From assembly GCF_964204645.1 (NCBI RefSeq), contig NC_134025.1, positions 19,195,101 to 19,259,100 on the forward strand: a stretch of 64,000 bases of DNA, written 5' to 3'. Source of the stretch: Tubulanus polymorphus (Eukaryota > Animalia > Nemertea). Shown one piece after another: positions 23,422 to 33,110 of this stretch; within the stretch, counting starts at the first letter, position 1; the number at the start of each line of letters is the position of its first letter. A program made the position numbers and the translations under genes. Under the pieces are notes generated by a model. That model made no database searches and was not told the origin of the DNA. It saw nothing but the letters and a program-made list of their open reading frames with translations.

Positions 23422-24577
23422 ATGAGTGGGAGTTATATAAGTCCTTCTAAGATTTCTAGAATATCTAATGCTATTAAAGCAGAAAGATCACATCGTATAA
23501 TTACTCATAACCCTTCAAATATTAATCCCGATGAAACTTTATATGTTAGAATTCCTAGATTAACACAAAATACTTTTTACGTTCCAAATAGTATTTATTT
23601 ATCAGCCGATATAAAAGTAACTGGCCATGATAACAATTATGTTATTGATAATGTTGGAAGATATTTGATTAAAAAATTAACTATAAAGATTGGTCCAGAA
23701 ACAGTTTTCTCATTAGATGATTATAATTTATTCATGCATTATAAAGATTTATGGTTAACTAAAGAAAATAGAAATAATTTGATATTTCAGGGTATTCAAT
23801 CGGAAAACCATAATAAATTAAGATCAGGAGCTAATGACGCAATAGTAACTCGTGCCACAGATAATTTGATTAAAAAGATTTATGGAAGCAAATATAAAAT
23901 TCCATTAGATTTTGAATTGATAAATAATAATGCACCTTTATATAAATACGCAATTCAAGAAGATATTATATTTGAGATAACATTTGCTCCTGTAAATGAA
24001 ATTGTATTATCTAGCGTTGTTAAAGATATGGGTTATAAATTATCGAATATATGTTTAGAATATAACACAGTAAATAATGAAAATATTGCTAGCACAATTC
24101 AAACTCAATACAATCAAGGATTTTCATTATTATATGATTATATTGATAAATTTAAAACCATAACTATTAATGCAAATGATGAAATAATTAATGAGAATAT
24201 TAACTTCCCAAGAAGATCTATTAAAGGTATATTAATATTTTTTACCATTGCAACATATTCTAATGGTGCAATAAAGGTAGATAATTATTATAATCCTGAA
24301 ATAACAAAAGTAGAAATAACTATCGAAGGAATAGCAAATAAAATATTTTGCCAAGGAATGAGAATGATAGATCAGTGGCCAGAAATTAGAAAACATTTTA
24401 TGAATGAAAAAGTAAAATCATTTGAAAATTGTAATATTAATCAAATTCATTATTATACCGGCAATAAATATGCATTATGGTTAGATTTTAGAACAACAGA
24501 GGATAATGCACATTTATATTATATCTGACGCGCAATTAAATATTGTAAATTCACAATTAGATAGTATTCAATATTAG
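23422..24577 (+). pseudogene. Major capsid protein (double jelly-roll type) of the AT-rich family, frameshifted near C-terminus
   Basis: ITHNPSNINPDETLYVRIP, NVGRYLIKKLTIKIG, YALWLDFRT; likely true end ISDAQLNIVNSQLDSIQY* lies in another frame; located before integrase/ATPase. Confidence 0.75.
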
Positions 24578-24607
24578 AAATATAAAGTTAAAATTAAGGA
24601 TATATAA

Positions 24608-25275
24608 ATGGGCGGTAAAAAAACTCCTAATACTAAAGAACAATATTTAAGAAATTCATATTACAACCCTGAGAGTTCAGTTGCTTATTCTTCTACTAAA
24701 AATATATGGCGTCAAGTAAAACAAGATAAATTAGATAAGATAATCCCACAAAATTTAGTTAAATATAAAGATATAAATGAATTTATGTTAGAACAACCAA
24801 CATATACAACACATAAAAAACTTATCATTCTTCTATTGGAATGAAACCTATTGATGCTAGAAAACCTGAAAATGCTGAAATTGTTTGGAATAATTTATAT
24901 GGAGCATTTCTTGTAGATGATTTTGGTGAACCTAAATTTAAAGTTGGTCAAAATGTTAGAATTTCTAAGTATAAAAAGATATTTGATAAAGGATACGATC
25001 GAAATTTTACTAGAGAAATATATAAAATAAAAAAGGTAATAACAACAAAACCATATGTCTATAAATTAGAAGATTTAGATGGTGAAGAAGTTGATGGCTA
25101 CTTTTACGAAGAAGAATTAAGTTTAACTACTGAAAATCTAGAACAAGAATATAAAATTGAAAAAGTATTAAAAACAAAAACTATTAAAAGAAAAAAATAT
25201 TCTTTAGTAAAATGGGTTGGATGGCCAGATAAATTCAATGAATGGATATTATCAAGTAAAATTAAAAATATATTA
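24608..25275 (+). pseudogene. Retroviral-like integrase with catalytic core deleted
   Basis: Matches 38875-39966 but lacks ~457 bp (39055-39511 equivalent) at 24820/24821; chromodomain-like LVKWVGWPDKFNEW retained; stop mutated TAA>TTA. Confidence 0.9.
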
Positions 25276-25884
25276 ATGAATAAAGAATTATTTATATTTG
25301 AGCCTCATAATATGTTAATATCTGGCGTAACAAATTGTGGAAAAACTTATTTTATATTAAATTTATTAGAAACTGTTTATGAAAACTATTTTGATAATAT
25401 AGTATTATTTTGCCCAACGTATGAATTTAATCAAACTTATGATAGAAATATTACTAGAAATAATAAATTTATTATATTAGATCCTAAAACAGTAAACGAA
25501 AATTTAAATAATTGTATTAAAATAGCAATTGATATTTATAAAGGATCAAATACATTATTTACCATACATGATTGCGCTAATCTACATGATTCAAAAGTTA
25601 GAGAAAGTGAGTTATGTTATTTAGCTTTCTCCGGGAGACATTTCGGGATAACAACTTGGGTTTTAAATCAAAAATATAATTCAATTGTTAAAGACTTTAG
25701 AGAAAACATTAGATTTCTAGTTTTATTTTATAACAAAGATAGAAAATCGATGAAAAATGCACTTGAGGAAAATGATATTATTCCACATGATTTACATAAT
25801 GAATATATGGATAAGTTGAAAAATATTAAAAGATCAAAATTACTATTTAGATTACAACACCCATTTAAATATGAATTTATTTAA
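25276..25884 (+). CDS. A32/FtsK-like DNA packaging ATPase
   Basis: Walker A GVTNCGKT; Walker B altered to TIHD (IIDD in the 39967 copy); SGRHFGI and VLNQKY motifs. Confidence 0.85.
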   Translation: MNKELFIFEPHNMLISGVTNCGKTYFILNLLETVYENYFDNIVLFCPTYEFNQTYDRNITRNNKFIILDPKTVNENLNNCIKIAIDIYKGSNTLFTIHDCANLHDSKVRESELCYLAFSGRHFGITTWVLNQKYNSIVKDFRENIRFLVLFYNKDRKSMKNALEENDIIPHDLHNEYMDKLKNIKRSKLLFRLQHPFKYEFI

Positions 25885-26140
25885 ATTCAATTAGTTTGTT
25901 AATCTAGTTGAATTCTAGTTATTGGTAGTTGTAACAAAAATCAAATAGATTTAACAATATTTTAACTAGCTTGTTAATCTAGTTTAATTCTAGTTACATT
26001 CTAGTTGAATTCTAGTTGTTAGTAGTTGAAACAAAAATCAACTAGATTTAACTAGAATGTAACTAGAAATAAACTAGATTAACTAGCTTGTTAATCTAGT
26101 TGAATTCTAGTTACATTCTAGTTGAATTCTAGTTGCAACA
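25885..26140. repeat. CTAG-rich mixed direct/inverted repeat array
   Basis: Repeated ctagttgaattctagtt units with a reversed block at ~26040-26085; similar array at 40576-40855. Confidence 0.75.
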
Positions 26141-26166
26141 TCACAACTAATTTTTTTGTTATATAA

Positions 26167-26772
26167 ATGGTAGGTGAAAAGAAAATAAAATCTAAAAATG
26201 GTGATGTTCCAATTGAAAAAACTTTAGATGATTTAGGAATAACAGAAACAAAATTAACTCCAGATGATGGTGCTTTAAATAATGTTACAACAAATAATAA
26301 TTATGAATATTATCTTTATTGCAAACATCAATTAGAAATATTAATAGCATCTGGAAAATGTAAAAAATTTGTCGATAAAAATTTAACTTATAATGAATTA
26401 GATACAATGAAATCAGATGAAATTATTAGATTATTTAAGATTTATGAAGCCGCGAGAACAGCTAAAATTAATGACGCGATATCAGAAAATGTAGTAAAAG
26501 GTTATAGTAAATTATGTAATTATATACTACCAATTGAAGATGAAAATAGATTATATTCCGATTTAAAAAATGATTATTTAGTTATGACTGAATTAAATAA
26601 ATGGATTGGATATTTATCGTTTCAATTAGGTGGATTTATGACATTATTATCAACTGGGGTTATAACATTTTCAAATATTGAAAGTAAAAATATTTCTATA
26701 ATAAATGAGCGAGGTGAAAGAAGTGAAGGAATTAACTGTGAAGAAAAAACCGAGAACTCAGAAACAAATTGA
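26167..26772 (+). CDS. Hypothetical Polinton protein
   Basis: 201-aa ORF, TAAATG start; 5' end repeated at 40882. Confidence 0.65.
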   Translation: MVGEKKIKSKNGDVPIEKTLDDLGITETKLTPDDGALNNVTTNNNYEYYLYCKHQLEILIASGKCKKFVDKNLTYNELDTMKSDEIIRLFKIYEAARTAKINDAISENVVKGYSKLCNYILPIEDENRLYSDLKNDYLVMTELNKWIGYLSFQLGGFMTLLSTGVITFSNIESKNISIINERGERSEGINCEEKTENSETN

Positions 26773-27061
26773 ATGGTCTCGACAATTAGGAATTAAATCA
26801 CAAGAATATAAAAAAGCTGTAAAAGAAAAAATAAGTAATAAAAATGGTGAAAATATTGTTATTTCTACTCCTTCTAATAATAGAATATTTGATAAATGTC
26901 TATATTTTACAGTTGGATTTGTAATTGTATTCATTTTGATTGGGTGTAATTGGTATAAGAAATCAAATAAAATTCATGATATTAATAATTCTGAAACAAC
27001 TGCTATCAAAAATGAAAATACTTCTGAAATTCCAAAATTGATAATAAAAAAAATGGATTAA
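26705..27061 (+). CDS. Small single-TM protein
   Basis: 118 aa, basic N-terminus KKKPRTQKQIEW, TM LYFTVGFVIVFILIG, TAAATG start. Confidence 0.6.
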   Translation: MSEVKEVKELTVKKKPRTQKQIEWSRQLGIKSQEYKKAVKEKISNKNGENIVISTPSNNRIFDKCLYFTVGFVIVFILIGCNWYKKSNKIHDINNSETTAIKNENTSEIPKLIIKKMD

Positions 27062-27524
27062 AATTTTAGAAAAAAAGCATAAAAAATGATTTTTTTTAAT
27101 TAATTGAATATTAATTGAATATCTCACTACTTTTGTCTATCTATGCGGAGCAATTAAATTGTCCAGATAAGTCATTTCGGATTCTAGATATTCATTATTT
27201 TTATTAATTTATTTTGTTTTTACTTGAATATTGTATTACAGTCGTTTCTTATTATTAGTTTTTTCTTAAATTGAAAGATGGCAGCACTGGGTGTAATGCT
27301 AAAATGAATATTTGAATTTGAATTTGAATTTGTTAATCAATTAACATAGTAATTGATTACTAATTTGATTAAAAATTATATCATAATTAAGTTAAAAATC
27401 CATAATTCATTTATCAGTTTTCATTCTTATATTCTTTTCATTCGGAATAATTTATAATTTCAATTTTTTTTAGCACCATCAACATTTACTTAGGTGTTTT
27501 AGCTAAGTATATAAGACAATTCAT

Positions 27525-27775
27525 TCAACCACTGGAGTAGCTCTGGCCAGCAGAGGCATTTTGAAAATGCACCTTCGTCCACTCTCCGGGTTTCTCCTTC
27601 GGTTTCGAATTTCGAGATTGGTAGAAATTACATTAGGCGCCTTTAATATAATGTGATTTCTACCAACCATTGAAGGAGATCCCGGTTGACGTGGGTCGCC
27701 GGGGGTGTAAGTAGAAATGACGGGGGATAAGCGTCCCGTGGCGTCTTTCAATAATGGGATGCTTATCCCCTGAAA
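27525..27775 (+). ncRNA. Candidate structured RNA/ssDNA element (several hairpins)
   Basis: GC-rich island with stems ttggtagaaattacatta/taatgtgatttctaccaa, ggggataagcgtccc/gggatgcttatcccc, cccggttgac/gtcgccggg; conserved at 42940-43190. Confidence 0.4.
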
Positions 27776-28167
27776 ACTCTGTAGGTCGAGGATAGGGCAA
27801 TTTTGCTAAAACTTACCGTAAAAACATTGAAATATTCCTTTTAATCACGAGAGAATGATGACTATCCTCCTGTCGTCACGGCCGAGCTAATTTAAATAAA
27901 CCTCGCTTTCAGCAACCAATGAAAACGTGGTAGTTCAATGCCGGCTAACTGGTTTGTGTGTGTTGTATGTACTACGTGCTTATTATAAAACTGCTAGCTA
28001 TCCAATATAACAACAACGTTGTGCAACACCTGTTTGATTGATCAATATTCAAATGAAGCACTCTCTTATAATAACATGTAACAGATGTTTGACTGTATGA
28101 TTGTAGTTGTTTATAAAACGACTTAGGTCATTTTGGATTCTAGATATTCATTATTTTTATTTCTTAT

Positions 28168-28494
28168 TTAATCAACAATTTCTAAATCATGATGACCGTC
28201 TTCATTTTTCCCATGATATATTATTTTAAATCCTACTAAATCTTTCAATTCCTCTGTACTCAATGAAACCCATTTATCGGGTAAAAACACTTTAAATTCT
28301 CGTGATGTACTAACATTACAGTAGCTTAAATTAGCTGATACTTTCTCTCCATATTTAGTTTTTATCTTTTCTAATTTCAATATCTTATGTTCAATTTCTT
28401 TTGTAACATCAACTAACTTTTTTATTTCAAATTGTTTTTTTGTTGGTTTAATTCTGTTATTTATTGTTGCTAAGAATGCTTTTCTATCTCCCAT
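28168..28494 (-). CDS. Small conserved Polinton protein (possibly OB-fold nucleic-acid binding)
   Basis: 108-aa ORF starting inside the right TIR; homologs at 10263, 43491-43816 and ~44357; fold assignment is inference. Confidence 0.65.
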   Translation of the reverse strand: MGDRKAFLATINNRIKPTKKQFEIKKLVDVTKEIEHKILKLEKIKTKYGEKVSANLSYCNVSTSREFKVFLPDKWVSLSTEELKDLVGFKIIYHGKNEDGHHDLEIVD

Positions 28495-28585
28495 TTATTA
28501 GGAAAAAAAATTACTTGTGGTGATGAGTGGTGTCTCGTCCTCTCGTCCTCTGGTATGAAACCCCATATTTACAAATACTTATACA

Positions 28586-28797
28586 AGATTAAAGATTTAC
28601 AAGACGTAACAATAGATGGCGTATTTTACGGATACGAGTTGATAAAATTCAATAAAAAGGATGAAACGTATAAGATCGAGTCGATAATTAAAACTCGGGG
28701 TAAAGGCGTTCGAAAACAAAACTTGGTAAAGTGGTATAACTATCCCGATAAATTCAATTCTTGGGTGAACGCTCGAGATATCAAGAAGTTAACATGA
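28586..28797 (+). pseudogene. Integrase C-terminus (chromodomain-like) of the GC-rich Polinton
   Basis: IKDLQDVTIDGVFYGYEL..YKIESIIKTRG..LVKWYNYPDKFNSWV. Confidence 0.85.
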
Positions 28798-29621
28798 GTC
28801 AGGATTTTTACGTATATCTCAAAAGCGATGCTAGCGTAGACATTTATCCCGATAATACGCAACATAGTTTTAAAGTTCGATTACGAACACCGATTTCACT
28901 TCAAGGCAAATGGGTTTGCGCTTTACATCAAATAAACTTTATGGCAGATTTCAATAATGTGAACAATGGTAGATTTCAATGTACGTCGTCTGAGCAAGGA
29001 ACTCATTATCTCAATATACCCGAAGGTCGTTATTTGACAATTACCCAATTAATTGTGGCTATACAAACAGAGTTAAACAAATGGTATGATAATAAGATAG
29101 TTCTTGCATTCAATGAACTAAGTCATAAAGTTTGTATCCGATTTTATGACAACTGCACAATAACTTTTACGAGTGATATTGCGTGGATTTTGGGTTTTAA
29201 AGAAAATATACCGATTAACGAAGATATAACAGATCATCGTCAAGGCTCTAAAATACATGGTCCTATACTGTCAGATTCATCCGATAGTAAAACAGTTTAC
29301 AAATACATCGAGGTTACTGCAGCCCGCAGTTCGGATATAAACGTCGATTATCATAATTTAATGATATATACAGATGTTATCGAACCTCAGCTGGTCGGAC
29401 ATCAAAGCGCAAATCTCTTGCGCATGATTGATTTGAATCCGAGAAATTTTGGTAAAATTGTTGGTCGAGAATTTACCAAGTTACAATACTTTCCACTACA
29501 GAGACGGAATTTCCAAACTATAGAAGTCTTTATAAGAACTGAATCCGGGAGAATACCCGTGCTCAGAAAAGGAAAAGTTAACTTAGCTTTACATTTTAAA
29601 AAGAAGAATTTATTGCTATGA
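28794..29621 (+). CDS. Minor capsid protein (penton/PX)
   Basis: MSQDFYVYLKSDAS..YPDNT..F.VRL..PI.L.GKW.CAL and IYTDVIEPQLVG..LLRMI pattern; ATGA overlap with integrase stop. Confidence 0.85.
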   Translation: MSQDFYVYLKSDASVDIYPDNTQHSFKVRLRTPISLQGKWVCALHQINFMADFNNVNNGRFQCTSSEQGTHYLNIPEGRYLTITQLIVAIQTELNKWYDNKIVLAFNELSHKVCIRFYDNCTITFTSDIAWILGFKENIPINEDITDHRQGSKIHGPILSDSSDSKTVYKYIEVTAARSSDINVDYHNLMIYTDVIEPQLVGHQSANLLRMIDLNPRNFGKIVGREFTKLQYFPLQRRNFQTIEVFIRTESGRIPVLRKGKVNLALHFKKKNLLL

Positions 29622-30042
29622 GGGCTCTCTGCGAAATCGATCGGGATGCTTGTTGTAAATATTACATGAACCAATGCGGTTCGGGTATTGACGTATACAC
29701 GGCCTCTCCGTACAAGGCGGTGCTGGATTTGCATCAGTCTTGGGCGGGTTGACTCGACCAGCTATTCCACTACTAAAAAATATGGCCTAGCAAGCGGTTC
29801 CTCATTTACTGAGAACTGGTTTACACGTAGCCAGCGATGTGGTAGGCGGTAAGAATATCGCGACAGCCATCAAAGATCGTGGCATCGAAACAATGGGTCG
29901 CATTATCAGACGAAGCTTAAAAAGACCATCTACCTCAACCCCAAAATCAATAAAAGGTCGTAAACGAAGTAGACGTATAACAACCGGAAAACGTGTACGA
30001 AAAACCAAAGCAACCGCTGAAGCGTACTTATGTCGTTATTAG
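29618..30042 (+). pseudogene. Small Gly-rich/basic virion core-like protein, disrupted
   Basis: YYMNQCGSGI..GGAGFASVLGGLTRPAIPLLK..Arg/Lys-rich tail; one frameshift and one stop; lies between penton and hexon genes. Confidence 0.6.
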
Positions 30043-31245
30043 TACATAAGGATTCGCCATTGTGCGTCAAGTCTGAACTCGATCTGTTTACAGTTCCCGG
30101 AACACAGATAAATTTCAAAGAATGCCGATACGTTAGTTATGAGCCTACTACATCGATTAACGATATGGGACCGATTGTATTCAGAGTACCAAAAACTGAA
30201 CTGAACTGGCGCCTATAGTCTATTTAGCGATGTACAAATTACGCTTAACGACCGAGTGGTTACCCACGACGGTGGCTTATACCCGTTCAAGTGTGAGCTG
30301 GAAAATATGGTTAATTACAACTCGGAAACTAAAAACAACAGCTGGCTACAATGTGATCTTTACGCCGAAGACGAAGCCGGGAAGAAAGCAAACATCGATC
30401 CTACTTTACCGGACGCAAATTCCGGTTTGGTCAGAAGAAATAACTACACTAAAGGCAGTAAACTGGTTTGCGCTTATTCGCGTTTGTATAGCGATGTAAT
30501 GAAAATGAATAAGATTTTCATCAACAATACAGATTAATAAATAAAACTAACTCGATCAAAGGAAAGTTTTGCTCTAGTTTCCCCCGCCGAAAACCCAGAT
30601 TTTCGTATAAAGATTGAAAGCGCTCAACTATACATTCGTAAACTAGAATTGGATAGTTCTGTTTTAATAGCGCATGCTAAAGCAATGGAAAAGAATACAG
30701 CAAAATATTATTTTTCGAGAACTGAATTATTATCGTTAAATATTCCAAGAGGTCATAGAACAATTATCAAGGACTCCGTTTTCGTCGGTGAGATACCAAA
30801 GGCTATTGTTTTAGCTTTAGTGGACGACGACGCGTTGAGCGGTAATTACAAAAAGAATCCGTTCGATTTCAAGGATTATTCATTGAATTATATAGGGGTG
30901 ACCATTGATAATGTCCATGCACAAAACTCGCCGTTACTTATAGACTCTCGTGGCGACGGTTGCGAAGTGTATCACGGTTTATATTTAGCCCGGGGCTTAT
31001 TGTATAAAAACGAAGGAATTGGGATAAAACGCGAGGATTTCAAAAATGGTAATTTTATTTGTGGATTCAATATATCGCCAGAGTATGGGGATCAAACGCA
31101 TCTGTCACTAATTAAAAAGGGGTCATTAAAAATCGAAATGCGATTTGATGAAGCTTTACCGCATAACGTGAATTTGATTGTTTACGCCGTTTTCGACGAA
31201 TTACTACAAGTAACTAAAGAACGTCATATAGAGATCGATTATTAG
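30030..31245 (+). pseudogene. Major capsid protein (hexon/PY), disrupted
   Basis: CVKSELDLFTVP.TQ start, LYPFK, G.IPK.IVLALV..GNYKKNPFDF, GSLKIEMRF..LIVYA.F end; broken at ~30217 and 30537. Confidence 0.88.
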
Positions 31246-31250
31246 CGACC

Positions 31251-31715
31251 ATGTTGTACACAAACCAAATTTTAGAATTTATGAAAAAAGACGAATGTCT
31301 AAATACGTCTTTCTTTGGTGTTTTTCCATGCGATCGACTACCGAATATAACGAGCTATCCCGCTGGTTATATAGTAAACACTGATAATCACGACGAGCCG
31401 GGTGAACACTGGCTAACTATATATATAAACGAATACGGCATCGGTTATTTTTTTTATTCCTTCGGGCAACAACCCGGAACTTATGATAAAATGTTAGAAA
31501 AATACTTGGATGAAAATTGTATAGAATGGAAATATAATAATAAGATGTATCAAAATGTATTATCCGATGTATGCGGTTATTACGCTATATTTGTACTATT
31601 ACACCTATGTCACGGTAACGATGTACGCGATATTACGAAACTATTGTCAAACAAAACTACTGATAATGATTATTTTGTAAAAAAATTTATCGTGAAATAT
31701 TTTAAGCTTCTATAA
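31251..31715 (+). CDS. Adenain-like cysteine protease
   Basis: IVNTD...PGEHW, FYSFG (Asp normally expected at the Y), YQ..SDVCGYY. Confidence 0.88.
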   Translation: MLYTNQILEFMKKDECLNTSFFGVFPCDRLPNITSYPAGYIVNTDNHDEPGEHWLTIYINEYGIGYFFYSFGQQPGTYDKMLEKYLDENCIEWKYNNKMYQNVLSDVCGYYAIFVLLHLCHGNDVRDITKLLSNKTTDNDYFVKKFIVKYFKLL

Positions 31716-31932
31716 TAAACTATTATATATATGAATTTAGTCGTTTTTTAAAATTCTACAAACTCACCAGAAGAGTTTTGTTTAAAACTTGGAGAAAAAA
31801 CTGAAGCAAAAAGCGAGGCGAGGCGTTTAAACACTGGCTCTTTCTTGGAAATTGAAGTGGTCCTGAAAAGGACCTTTTGAGGAATGGGGTCAGTGTCCGA
31901 GTTCGTCGTCGTCGTCATCGTCATCATCGACA

Positions 31933-32271
31933 TCATCGACGTTGCTGCTGCTGTTGTTGCCGTCTCTGGTGACGGCGGCGTCGGTTTCGTCGCATTCTTT
32001 GTTCTTCTTTGCGTATATGTTCTGCAAACATACGTGCCCAGCGCACAACATTTCTACAGAACGGGCATGAAAAAACATCATTAGCGTCTTCACGCCCCAG
32101 TTGAAGGTTTCTGCGTATTATTGCGGAGACGCAGCTTCCACACGTCAGGTTTCGATATTGGCATTGGCTACATAGCCAACACCGCTGCCCCGTCTCGAAG
32201 CATATGCCGCACTCGAGCAATGCCTCCGCGTCGTCGGGAATTTCAAACCAACGTCCTCCGATAGCAGACAT
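31933..32271 (-). CDS. RING-finger-like protein with basic tail
   Basis: CGIC..C..CSQC..CGSC..CPFCR spacing; poly-Arg/Gln C-terminus. Confidence 0.65.
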   Translation of the reverse strand: MSAIGGRWFEIPDDAEALLECGICFETGQRCWLCSQCQYRNLTCGSCVSAIIRRNLQLGREDANDVFSCPFCRNVVRWARMFAEHIRKEEQRMRRNRRRRHQRRQQQQQQRR

Positions 32272-33110
32272 CTTGGAAATGATTTGTCCTAAAACTACCC
32301 CCTTATTTATGGGTCTAAGTCAGACGACTAATTAGTTGATTAATTCTTATAGTCTAACAGTTTACTCAAAGTATTTGAGGATTCTATCACATATAATTAA
32401 CGATGTTTTTGATACTCTGGTCTAATATCACCCAGCATATAGGACCATCTGTTCTGTTTTATCTAAACAGCTTAATTACCTCAGCGCTATGAGCACTAAG
32501 AATGTTCGAATTATTGCTAGTGTAATTGGTTTGAAACCTCACACCTATTTTCCCATTGCGGTCGTGTCTCCGATCTAAATCACTTAATTGCCTTCGTCTT
32601 CCGCATATAATTAACGGTGTTTGGATACTATCGACCCATCTGCTACTGGTAATTGGTTTTGCTCACACCTATTTTCCCCAATCGTGGTCGTGTATTGATC
32701 TAAATCAATTAATTGCCTTCTTTGTCGGTATACCGTATCATGGGTCTGGATAGCAACGAAATGCTAGATTAACGTATTGTTGAATCAGAATGAGTCAAAA
32801 ATGAAATCTTTTATTCAATAAATGTTTTATTTAGTCCTAAAAATCATAAATATTTTTATAAATATTGTAGATAAACATAGGTCATATACCTATACACGAA
32901 AAAACCATAAATTTCATAAAAGATAGAAACTCACTACTTTAGTTAATCCTCTTTGGTTAGAGCGGATCTTAATGAAGTCCTGGATTAGTCATTTCGGATA
33001 CTTATTTCTATCTGAGAGTTTAACGCAAACTAACGTATATAAATTGATGTTTTTTACACATTTTGTTAATCGGTTATGATATAAATATTATTTAATCAAT
33101 ATCTGTGAAA

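Larger units (their letters stand above)
11753..28579 (+). mobile_element. Polinton/Maverick copy B (AT-rich family), both ends intact, 16827 bp, decayed
   Basis: TIRs 11753-~11837 and ~28487-28579 (AGT...ACT), 6-bp TSD TATACA at 11747-11752 and 28580-28585; encodes pPolB, minor and major capsid, integrase remnant and packaging ATPase. Confidence 0.95.

Noticed and set aside
24841-25884. Natural integrase-ATPase fusion protein
   Set aside because: Caused by a single TAA>TTA change; copy C has separate genes
27535-27615. tRNA-Ser-like gene
   Set aside because: No convincing acceptor stem or T-arm and an internal T4 run; kept only as part of the structured island
27521-27751. 76-aa ORF with SP/TP sites faintly resembling pocket-protein (Rb/p107) C-termini
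   Set aside because: No ATG upstream in frame, frame not kept in copy C, and hairpin structure explains the conservation better
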